Position numbers and translations under genes: made by a program. From contig JBBCAX010000396.1 in the NCBI GenBank assembly GCA_051382335.1, positions 1-32,027 of the forward strand: DNA of 32,027 nt. The letters are read 5' to 3'. How positions within the stretch are numbered: position 1 is the stretch's first letter; each line of letters begins with the position of its first letter. The notes under the pieces were generated by a model. It saw only the letters and a program-made list of their open reading frames with translations. It was not told the origin of the DNA and made no database searches. Shown one piece after another: positions 1 to 8,145 of this stretch. Origin of the DNA: Deltaproteobacteria bacterium TL4. Its GTDB lineage: Bacteria > SAR324 > NAC60-12.

Positions 1-183
1 GTGTTGACCTGTTTACACAACTACTTTATCAAACGTCCGGATGGGACCACCGCCGCTCAACGTTTTTTCCTGCAAGAACCTCAGGATTTATTTCAATGGC
101 TCTTGCGACGGAGGCCTCCCTTATCCAAACCGGCGGCTTCCAGAAAAAAGGAGCAAAGGAGCAATGCCCTGAAAGTCGCTTGA
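1..183 (+). CDS. C-terminal end of a transposase-like protein (DUF6399-like), partial at window edge
   Basis: LTCLHNYFIKRPDGTTAAQRFF...DLFQWLL resembles the HN-x-RxDGTTAAxRFF C-terminus I recall for DUF6399-type IS proteins; stop TGA 181-183. Confidence 0.55.
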   Translation: MLTCLHNYFIKRPDGTTAAQRFFLQEPQDLFQWLLRRRPPLSKPAASRKKEQRSNALKVA

Positions 184-218
184 TTGCTGGATTGGCGAAA
201 CGATGACTATAGCCGATT

Positions 219-251
219 GGTGGGTTACGCCTTGCGGCTAACCCACCCTAC
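219..251 (-). repeat. GTAG-class REP element
   Basis: Minus strand reads GTAGGGTGGGTTAGCCGCAAGGCGTAACCCACC: GTAG foot plus imperfect palindrome. Confidence 0.8.
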
Positions 252-264
252 GAATTCACATTCT

Positions 265-284
265 ATTCTCGGACAGGCTCCTAG
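265..284 (-). mobile_element. IS5-like terminal motif next to CTAG, shared with 5849-5868 and 5978-5997
   Basis: Minus strand CTAG|GAGCCTGTCCGAGAAT versus CTAG|GAGTCTGTCCGAGAAT at 5849-5868; family assignment is inference. Confidence 0.5.
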
Positions 285-300
285 GAATATAGTGTTCAAG

Positions 301-480
301 CATAGGTGTTCTGGATTTTTTCTATTTTTAATCATGTACTTAGAGAGACGCCTCATAATTGTCTCTAAAACCGGTAATTCACGGATATTTTTTATCCTTG
401 TTTAACGGGCATTTACGGGCACCCCAAAATCTGGATTTTAACCAACTGATTATAAATAATAAAAATCCCGAACACCTATG
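301..480. mobile_element. 180-bp MITE (probably IS4-family derived)
   Basis: TIRs CATAGGTGTTCTGGATTTTT (301-320) and AAAAATCCCGAACACCTATG (461-480), 19/20 match, imperfect to about 34 bp; perfect direct repeat AGTGTTCAAG at 291-300 and 481-490; no room for a transposase. Confidence 0.9.
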
Positions 481-492
481 AGTGTTCAAGGA

Positions 493-552
493 AAGTTTTT
501 TCCCTGGGAGCGAGGGCATCTTGCCCTCACCGGAGGGCAAGATGCCCTCGCT
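493..552. repeat. GGAG-class REP doublet (REPIN) split by the intron; right arm resumes at 1799-1814
   Basis: 493-528 AAGTTTTTTCCCTGGGAGCGAGGGCATCTTGCCCTC is the exact reverse complement of 533-552 joined to 1799-1814; loop ACCG; each arm has a GAGGGCA-nnn-TGCCCTC hairpin. Confidence 0.85.
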
Positions 553-1798
553 GTGCGCCTGGCATAGCGTTTAACTTGGTGGTGAAAGTCCACTCATTAC
601 CCCGACAGGAGGGAAAATGTAGTCAGAGTCAAGGGTGTCTAAAGAAACTTGGGACAGGCGCCTCAACAGAGGGAACCAACGAGTGTCGCAAGCCAATGAG
701 GAATCTGAAGGAAGACCGAGACAAATCTGCCGTCTAAACTAGGTGTGAACCTCCGGGAGGCGGAGGCAAGGGATGAGGTAGCAGCGATTACTAAAGTCCA
801 ATATCCTGAACGTAACTTGCAGACGTAGAAGAGGTAGGCGGGCAGAGAAAGTGAAACGAATTACCCAGGGAAGAGCCGACAGACTGGCGGATATCATAAC
901 TACGATGCTTGCCTCCGCTCAGCGACTGTGAAGACACAGAAGCGCATGTTTGTGGGTTTTCAGAGGAAGCCCTAGTAGTCGTAAAGTATCCTGCCAAGGA
1001 AGAGGTGGGCGACCCATCGGAGGAGAAAACAGGATACAAGCAGCAGGAAGCTGGAGGCGAAGGGCGAAACACAATAAAGACAGGAAGGATCAGAATAGGG
1101 ATGAATCGAGATTTGAAAAAGCCTGAAGCGGAAACGGAACGTAGCCGGAGAAACGGAGGGGAAATCAACGAAGAGAAGTCCCAAAGGCAGGCAAAATGAT
1201 ACAACCGAGTCTATTTGATACGGAGCCAAGAGGACTCTTTGAGCAGATAAGTTCGGTCGAACCATTGGCCAAAGCATACCAATGGGTACGAGCGAACAAA
1301 GGCTCCCCAGGGGTGGACGGAGTCCGTTCAAACCTATGGAATCCATTTGCAGGAAGAGTTAAGCCAACTCTCGCAAGAAGGGAAGCCCTCTAAGTCCCTT
1401 GTTGAGTAACATCATTTTGGATGAACTGGACAAGGAATTGGAGATTAGCCGCAATAGAAGCTCATATTCGGCGTCGGTTACGTTCCCAATTAGTAGGTGA
1501 ACAAAAACAGCGTCGGAATCTGTTTCGACGGCTTTTGGAACGGGGCGTCAATCGAGCCTCCTCCACGAAGGTTTTTCAAAAACATCGGGGACGCTGGTTT
1601 CTTTCTCACCTTCAAGCCGTGGAAAAAGCCTGGAACAATGAATGATTCCGACTCCAGGGACTGAAGTGTATCTCCGACTTTGCTTTACCCCACTGGCTTC
1701 CTTTATCCGTAGGGAAGACCGTATTGTGAGGAGCCGTGTACGGACCCGTAAGCACGGTTCTGTGAGCGGACGGCTCCGAGAGGAGCCTCCGACTCGAT
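553..1798 (+). mobile_element. Group II intron (IIC-like, class C/E type), internally deleted
   Basis: 5' end GTGCGCCTGGCAT at 553; short domain V GAGCCGTGTACGGACCCGTAAGCACGGTTC at about 1731-1760; domain VI ending ACTCGAT at 1798; removing 553-1798 restores a perfect inverted repeat; RT/maturase fragments inside. Confidence 0.92.
1196..1690 (+). pseudogene. Remnant group II intron reverse transcriptase/maturase
   Basis: Three fragments in different frames: RT0 (LFEQISSVEPLAKAYQWVRANKGSPGVDG), RT4 (GSPLSPLLSNIILDELDKELE, 1381-1443) and X/thumb domain (LAAIEAHIRRRLR...WFLSHLQAVEKAWNNE). No YADD; 3' boundary approximate. Confidence 0.9.
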
Positions 1799-1839
1799 CC
1801 CAGGGAAAAAACTTATTCTTTTCATAGTCCTTAATGATT

Positions 1840-4569
1840 TTAAGCCTGTAGGTATTTTAGAAGGCGTGCATTCAACTGGTATTCATATTTGAGATGTTTC
1901 CCAAAGGTTCTCAAATTGCTTGTATTTCGTGTCAATACCGGAACATTTCGTTTGCCGTAGGGCGTCTGTTTTAACGCGGTCACCAATTGATTGAGTTTTT
2001 CCGGAGCAGCAAAGATCGTAAACACATTTTTGGTATACGCATGAGTATAAGGCTCCAAAGGCGGATCTTCAAACCAATGCTGTAATTCTGAGAGCCCCTC
2101 TTGATAAACCCGGACATTGGCTTTCACGTCCGCGAGTCTTGGAAGTTGCTTATGAATCGCAGGATCGGTGACGGACAATAACTGTCCAAAACTTTGAAAA
2201 TTCAACGACTCTTCACTTGCGGACCAGACGGGTCGTTCTTGAGACCATTTTACATTTTGGGTTGCCTGCTTCAAAATGTAAGTCAAAGAGACAATATTCT
2301 TTTTCATTACCTCATATTCAAACACTGTCAGTTGTTGGGTTTTAAGTGCGTATTCCATGACCATAAACAGGGTTTTTCGTTTCATCTCCATGGCGATACA
2401 ATCGCTCATGGTAAATAACGTAAACACGGGAACGCCTCCCGAAAAATCAACATAACGAAAAGGATAGCGACCCCACTCAATCAGCCAAGGATCCGCGTTA
2501 GCAGGACTTTCAGACATGACTTGGAACGCTTTTTTCCCGGCTTGATAAAAGACGCTCACTCCTTGATTCGCCCCAACCTCCGGTGTTTGCGGAGGAGGGA
2601 GAGGGGCTGTGGCTTTCTCAGGGAGAACCTCTGCTGTCTGTTGAAAACGAACACGTTCATAGTTCAGGATGGATTGCTGTGATTGATGCATTTCAATCAA
2701 CTGTTTCCCCAACTGAACTTTTTGCTCCATGAAAAAATCAAAGTATTTCCCATAAAGATGACCTGTCAAAGTGGATTGAAGCTGATCATAAACTTTCTGA
2801 ATTTGAGGACTATAGATCAAATCAGAAACCCACTCCGGCTTTAATTCTTGCAGCGAGATATCTTTTTTACGTGCAACCCAACGTTGGATATCACCAAGGA
2901 TACTTGATAGAAATTGGGTATATTGAAAACGGGTCAATAAACTGGGATAGCGGATTTCCAAAAGATCATGCAGCTCTTGAATTGCCTTTTTGAAATCATA
3001 AAATCTCAACATGTTGTTACGATCATAAACACTGATCTTCTTTCTCCTTAATTTAATTTTGTCCGCAAGCCCCGATACAAGATCGGTCATTTCCGGGAGT
3101 TGGTTGAGACACACCTCCAATTCAATGGGGACCATTTGGCCAGACCCCAGTAAATAACCTAAAAAATCTCGATAGGCGCGGTTAGGAAGATCCAATAAAA
3201 GCAATTCCCCCAAGGTAAAATATTGAAAATGAGGACGAGCATACTCAATGGTCAGAAAACAATAGGGGAGACCACTCAATTCAAAAAGATAATTTTGCTC
3301 AAGAGCCTGTTTTGAATTAAAATGGAAGGTATTAAAAATAGTTTCTTTGGGAATGATATTGTCATAACTTTTATGAATATCTAGCTCTTCCACAAATTCC
3401 GGAAATTCTTCCAAAGAAAGTGTGCCCTTGACAAACACATGCTGAATCAGTTTTTCGTTTTTAAATGTTGATTGGATTACACTTTGGTAATCCACAATCA
3501 TGCGCAGCGTTTCAACGATGGTTTGATAATGGTCAGGGAGGTCATAATCGTGACTTTGATAATAAGTTTTGATCTCTGAGAATATTCTTAAAACATCGGT
3601 TTGTGATTGCAGGTAATCCTGCTTGAGAACCTTCATCCGGTCTTCGGGATGCAGATGCCCCAGGAACAGAGATAACTGGGAAAAATCCTGTTGTTTCAAG
3701 TATTGGTATTGTTCCGCAAATTGTTCTTTAGGATTTAAAAAATGAAATTGTTCAAATTCCTGCTCAATCCGATCGGCCTTGAGCTGCGAAGGATCAATGT
3801 CAATGATCGGAATCAGCTCCTTCAGAACGGCACAAATTTCAGGCGCCGCGATCTCTCCCTCGGAAGTTGAAATCAGTAACGCCTTACTCATAATTAAATA
3901 CAACCGCCTTAGATCATTGATGAATAACGGTTTTTCTCCATCAATAATACAGTCTAAGGCCTCAGCACAAATGAGTTGTATCGCACTCTGAAATTGTTGT
4001 TTGAACGGATTAAAGCGCTTGGGTTGCAGCAACGTCAATTGAACAATTTTATCAAATTTGTCATAAATCATGACAAACTGTGTGAAACGAAACAGCCAAC
4101 GAGAAATTCTATTGCTGATATACATGTAAATGTAGCTACTGTACCTGGCCCTGAACTTCAAAAAATCATGAATCAGATCAAAAACCAACATAGGATTGGT
4201 GATGAAGAGAATCGCATCCACTTCAAGCGGAATTTGAAGATAATTAGTCCCGTTGGGATCGAGTTTCTTTTTGATGAGGAAATTAAAAAGCTGAGGATTT
4301 GCCAGTCTCGCGAGACTCAGGGTTGTAATATTTAAACGACTTGCAATTCCATCTTCATCATCAATCTCCAACACTTCTTTCATTTCTTCAGAAACCGTAT
4401 CTCCCTTGGATTGATCCAGAAGTTTCAAGCGGGCATTGACCAACTGCGTGTTGTACGTATCGAATTCTTGGTAAAACTTCTTGGAGTTGGCTTGCAAAAA
4501 ACTGTCAATTCGTTTGAATTGACGCATCATTTGTTCTTGGCGCTTTATCGCCTCTTGAGACTCACTCAT
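1840..4569 (-). CDS. Large hypothetical protein (909 aa) with internal duplication
   Basis: Long uninterrupted ORF with ATG start; no family motif recognised. Confidence 0.85.
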   Translation of the reverse strand: MSESQEAIKRQEQMMRQFKRIDSFLQANSKKFYQEFDTYNTQLVNARLKLLDQSKGDTVSEEMKEVLEIDDEDGIASRLNITTLSLARLANPQLFNFLIKKKLDPNGTNYLQIPLEVDAILFITNPMLVFDLIHDFLKFRARYSSYIYMYISNRISRWLFRFTQFVMIYDKFDKIVQLTLLQPKRFNPFKQQFQSAIQLICAEALDCIIDGEKPLFINDLRRLYLIMSKALLISTSEGEIAAPEICAVLKELIPIIDIDPSQLKADRIEQEFEQFHFLNPKEQFAEQYQYLKQQDFSQLSLFLGHLHPEDRMKVLKQDYLQSQTDVLRIFSEIKTYYQSHDYDLPDHYQTIVETLRMIVDYQSVIQSTFKNEKLIQHVFVKGTLSLEEFPEFVEELDIHKSYDNIIPKETIFNTFHFNSKQALEQNYLFELSGLPYCFLTIEYARPHFQYFTLGELLLLDLPNRAYRDFLGYLLGSGQMVPIELEVCLNQLPEMTDLVSGLADKIKLRRKKISVYDRNNMLRFYDFKKAIQELHDLLEIRYPSLLTRFQYTQFLSSILGDIQRWVARKKDISLQELKPEWVSDLIYSPQIQKVYDQLQSTLTGHLYGKYFDFFMEQKVQLGKQLIEMHQSQQSILNYERVRFQQTAEVLPEKATAPLPPPQTPEVGANQGVSVFYQAGKKAFQVMSESPANADPWLIEWGRYPFRYVDFSGGVPVFTLFTMSDCIAMEMKRKTLFMVMEYALKTQQLTVFEYEVMKKNIVSLTYILKQATQNVKWSQERPVWSASEESLNFQSFGQLLSVTDPAIHKQLPRLADVKANVRVYQEGLSELQHWFEDPPLEPYTHAYTKNVFTIFAAPEKLNQLVTALKQTPYGKRNVPVLTRNTSNLRTFGKHLKYEYQLNARLLKYLQA

Positions 4570-4952
4570 AAGGAACCTGACAAAAACTTTGTGCTATTGA
4601 TAATGCTGCTCCTCTTCAGACCTGCTCTCATCAAGAAACAGGCTCGTTGTAGAAGATCACTTCCTTTTGATTTTCAGCAGTCAGAGCCGTTCTCCGAGAC
4701 ATGAAGTTCTCTGAAAATCGACTCCCCACTGTACCTATAAAAAGCTCATAGGTTCCTATAGATGTTCAAGTTTTGTTCCTTTACCCCATTTTTTGCTGTA
4801 CAATGTGCAGGATATCTTCAACATAAAGGTATAAACCTGTCCTGTATTTCAAAACCAAGGATCAGATTCTCAATGAGGATTTGAAAAATATTTGCGATTC
4901 CCATGAGTTAGAACCTCATTTTAGGCAAAACCTTCCCCAACAAGGAATCATT

Positions 4953-5822
4953 ATGTTTGAACAAAATACACCTTCTTATCTTACTTCCAAAAATAAAAAA
5001 CTGTCACTGAACAAAAAGCATTTGATTGGAATATTAAACATTACGTCTGATTCTTTTTCTGACGGAGGTCACTATTTACAATCAGAGCATGCGATTGCAC
5101 ATGCTTTTCAAATGATTGAAGAAGGTGCGGACTGGATTGATATCGGAGCGGAGTCTTCTGGTCCAGGAAGCCAGGAGATCTCCGCAGAACAGGAAATGGA
5201 GCGAATTCTGCCAGTCCTCCACGCCATCCGTCAGAAGAGTGATCTTTGGCTTTCCATTGATACCTGGAAAGCCAATGTCGCCCGCTGCGCCTTGGAAGCT
5301 GGTGCTGACGTCATCAACGATGTAACCGCCTTACGCGGAGATCCGGCCATGGCAGAAGTTTTGGCAGAAACCCAATGTCCCGTAATCCTCATGTATTCCA
5401 AAGACCCAACCGCTCGCACAACAACCGCGTCCAAAGATTATGAGGACGTCCTTGAAACACTTTCGCGATTTTTTCAGGAACGAATCGAGTGGATGCAAAA
5501 GAGAGGCATTCAAAAAGAACAAATCATTCTGGATCCTGGCATGGGATTTTTTATCAGTGCCAAAGCCAAGTATAGTTTTCAAATCATTCAACGCCTTCAC
5601 GAAATGATAACCTGGGGCTATCCCCTCTTACTGGGGCCTTCCAGGAAGTCCTTTTTAGCGCAGGTGTCTCCAGAAAAAACATTAGCTCTCCATGAACGGG
5701 AATTACCCGGCCTGGTAGTTGGCGCTCTGGCTCTGAAAGAAGGCGCTCATTTCTTGAGAATGCACAATACGGCTCAAGCGCGTCTAATGATGGATACCTT
5801 CATGACCCTTCAAAATGCCTAG
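4953..5822 (+). CDS. folP: Dihydropteroate synthase
   Basis: GILNITSDSFSDGG, IDIGAES, SIDT, INDV, IILDPGMGF, GPSRKSF, RMHN motifs; ATG 4953 preceded by AAGGA. Confidence 0.95.
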   Translation: MFEQNTPSYLTSKNKKLSLNKKHLIGILNITSDSFSDGGHYLQSEHAIAHAFQMIEEGADWIDIGAESSGPGSQEISAEQEMERILPVLHAIRQKSDLWLSIDTWKANVARCALEAGADVINDVTALRGDPAMAEVLAETQCPVILMYSKDPTARTTTASKDYEDVLETLSRFFQERIEWMQKRGIQKEQIILDPGMGFFISAKAKYSFQIIQRLHEMITWGYPLLLGPSRKSFLAQVSPEKTLALHERELPGLVVGALALKEGAHFLRMHNTAQARLMMDTFMTLQNA

Positions 5823-5848
5823 ACGGCTGTCCGAACCTTTCAAAATGC

Positions 5849-5997
5849 CTAGGAGTCTGTCCGAGAATGTGATGTAGGGTGTGCTTAAGCGAAGCGAGCG
5901 CACCGGAAAGCTTGCTGTTTCCTTATTTTTGGTGCGCTCGCTTCGCTTAAGCGGCACCCTACTTAGGTTCAACTTCTATTCTCAGACAACCACCTGG
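5849..5997. repeat. REPIN (inverted GTAG REPs 5874-5904 and 5931-5962) enclosed by IS5-like inverted ends
   Basis: GTAGGGTGTGCTTAAGCGAAGCGAGCGCACC ... GGTGCGCTCGCTTCGCTTAAGCGGCACCCTAC; outer GAGTCTGTCCGAGAAT (5853-5868) and ATTCTCAGACAACCAC (5978-5993), bounded by CTAG / CTGG. Confidence 0.8.
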
Positions 5998-6066
5998 CAT
6001 CCTCCCAACTTGAGGCGACAATTCCGGTACTTTTGCGTTTTTGTAGCGAAATCGTCACCCTCGTTC

Positions 6067-6093
6067 TAAAGTTTTTCAGCAACCTGCCGATAA
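6067..6093 (+). promoter_or_regulatory. Sigma28 (FliA) promoter, distal
   Basis: TAAAGTTT-N11-GCCGATAA, exact consensus, upstream of flagellin. Confidence 0.85.
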
Positions 6094-6176
6094 AGAGACT
6101 AAGTCATAAAAATGATAGCTGAGGGCCTCATCCACGACTCGAAAATAAGCCCTGGGAAGAAAATAAAATTTTTCAC

Positions 6177-6203
6177 TAAAGTTTTAACTTCCCTTGCCGA
6201 TGT
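6177..6203 (+). promoter_or_regulatory. Sigma28 (FliA) promoter, proximal
   Basis: TAAAGTTT-N11-GCCGATGT, correct spacing. Confidence 0.8.
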
Positions 6204-6401
6204 AAAGGTTACGTGGATAGGACGAAACAGTCCGTCACAAAAATAGTGTGGAAGTGCTTCACCAGTCTTTGTTTTACGATCATTTGATTATTTCCAAGGT
6301 TTTCAAATGAGGAAAGAGTAGGAGGAAGGACTTTCAAGGAAACAAAACCATTGCCTGGTTTGTCAATATTATCAAACTCTATATCTATTAAGGAGTACAT
6401 T

Positions 6402-8018
6402 ATGGGGATGAGTATTAGGCACAATGTGTCGTCGCTCAACTCATTAAGACATGCGAATGAAACCTTTGGTAAGGTCAAACATTCAATTGAGCGACTGAGT
6501 ACAGGACAACGTATCAACTCCGCGTCTGATGGACCTGCAAGTCTGATTGCTTCAGAACGATTAAGAGGACAGGTTGGCGGATTACGCCAGTCTTTAGACA
6601 ATGCGGAATTCTCGATTTCAATGGTTCAAACGGCAGAAGGCGCCTTAAACGAAGTCAGTGGAGTCCTGATCAATCTAAGACAACTGGCGGTTCATGCCGC
6701 GAACGAAGCGGTCAATGACCCCGCGATGTTGTCTGCAGATCAAAATGAGATTGAACATTTATTAACCTCTGTCGATCGTATTGCAAATAATACCATTTTT
6801 GGAGATCGAAAGTTATTGGATGGAAGTAATGGAACTCGTGGTGTTACGGTGGGCGACGGATTACGCTACGTGACCGCTGGGACCGAAACCCAACCCTCTC
6901 CTAAAAGTGGTTATGAAATTGATATTTACCAAGTGGCGACTCAAGCGAAAGTCACAGGTTCTGTTCCGATAGACATTAACAATGTTGGGGAAGGAATTTC
7001 AATCGTGATTAATGAAGGCGAGCGAACCGCTGTCTTAAATTCAACTTCTGGCGAACTTAAAGCAAACATTGGTAAAGTGATCAACAATCATAAAGCCGAT
7101 CCGGTACGATTTCCAGAGGACGTTGCTTCTGCGGATGTCAGAAGATTTCTGATTACGGATTTACGAGAAAAAATTGAGGCTGCAGGTCTTAAAGTTGAGG
7201 CCTTCTTTGATCCTGAGGGTAAAATGGTGGTTCGTCATCAAGAATTTGGAGATGAACCCACTCTTTCCGGAACAGGCTCGATTGATGGCATTCTTTCAGC
7301 AAAAGCCAACGTTGCCCAATTTGCGGAACCCGGGAAAGATGTTGAAGGGACTATTGGTGGCGAGTTGGCGTTAGGCGATGGCCAGTTTCTGACTGCGGTC
7401 AAAGGAACCAGAGCTCAAGGACTCACCGTTCAATATAATCGTGAGTTAGGGTTAAAGGAAGTTCCTGTTTTAGATCAGAATGGGGAGCAGATTGGCACGA
7501 AATTTATTGAAGAAAAGAATGAGGAATTGGTGGGCAGCCCCTCAAACCCCAAAGTCGAAGGCTATCTGCATCTGTCACAAGGATCTTTGTCTTTTCAAAT
7601 TGGGCCTCATGATGGGCAAGCCGCAAAATTGGCCATGGTTGATGTACGCACGAATCAATTGTCCCGAGGTGTCAATAATGAAAGTGGATTTACCAGCTTG
7701 GCGGATATCGATGTAACCACGGTTAGGGGCGCATCGGATGCGATCACGATTATTGACAAGTCCATTGATGAATTAACCAATGTTCGCGGAAATTTGGGTT
7801 CCTTTCAGAAAAACGCACTGGAAAACAATCTGAATAGCTTGAGAGTCGCGGAAGAAAACCTGACCCAAGCGGAATCATCGATTAGAGATTCTGATATGGC
7901 TGCGGAAATGTCAGAACTGACAGGAAATCAAATCCTTCTGTCTTCCAGTACCGCGATGTTAGCACAGGCGAATCAAGTACCTCAATCTGTATTGGGGTTG
8001 ATTACCGGAAATAGATAA
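6402..8018 (+). CDS. fliC: Flagellin
   Basis: ERLSTGQRINSASD, SMVQTAEGALNE, RGNLGSFQKN, AESSIRDSDMAAEM, MLAQANQ; AAGGAG precedes ATG 6402. Confidence 0.95.
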   Translation: MGMSIRHNVSSLNSLRHANETFGKVKHSIERLSTGQRINSASDGPASLIASERLRGQVGGLRQSLDNAEFSISMVQTAEGALNEVSGVLINLRQLAVHAANEAVNDPAMLSADQNEIEHLLTSVDRIANNTIFGDRKLLDGSNGTRGVTVGDGLRYVTAGTETQPSPKSGYEIDIYQVATQAKVTGSVPIDINNVGEGISIVINEGERTAVLNSTSGELKANIGKVINNHKADPVRFPEDVASADVRRFLITDLREKIEAAGLKVEAFFDPEGKMVVRHQEFGDEPTLSGTGSIDGILSAKANVAQFAEPGKDVEGTIGGELALGDGQFLTAVKGTRAQGLTVQYNRELGLKEVPVLDQNGEQIGTKFIEEKNEELVGSPSNPKVEGYLHLSQGSLSFQIGPHDGQAAKLAMVDVRTNQLSRGVNNESGFTSLADIDVTTVRGASDAITIIDKSIDELTNVRGNLGSFQKNALENNLNSLRVAEENLTQAESSIRDSDMAAEMSELTGNQILLSSSTAMLAQANQVPQSVLGLITGNR

Positions 8019-8145
8019 GACTTGAGTCTATAGGGATAAGAGGATAAATCAAGCGCGGCGTTTCTTTGAACGTGCGGTTTCTCCTGCTTTTCTTCAGAAG
8101 TTGTGTGGAAAGCAAAGCATCACTCTTTGACACTATAGCATTTTC

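Noticed and set aside
791..1346. ORFs 791-1204, 909-1199 and 972-1346
   Set aside because: They lie in intron RNA domains or antisense to the RT remnant and show no protein motifs.
1196..1690. Retron, DGR or defence-associated RT
   Set aside because: The fragments sit between canonical group II intron ends with domains V/VI and include a maturase X domain.
5784..6069. Short ORFs over the REPIN (also 14840-15049, 184-405, 29439-29831)
   Set aside because: Translations of repeat DNA (SLRLS/LKRSE, SCLSCL patterns).
8050..8092. Intrinsic terminator after flagellin
   Set aside because: The stem is imperfect and the T tract short; not supportable by eye.
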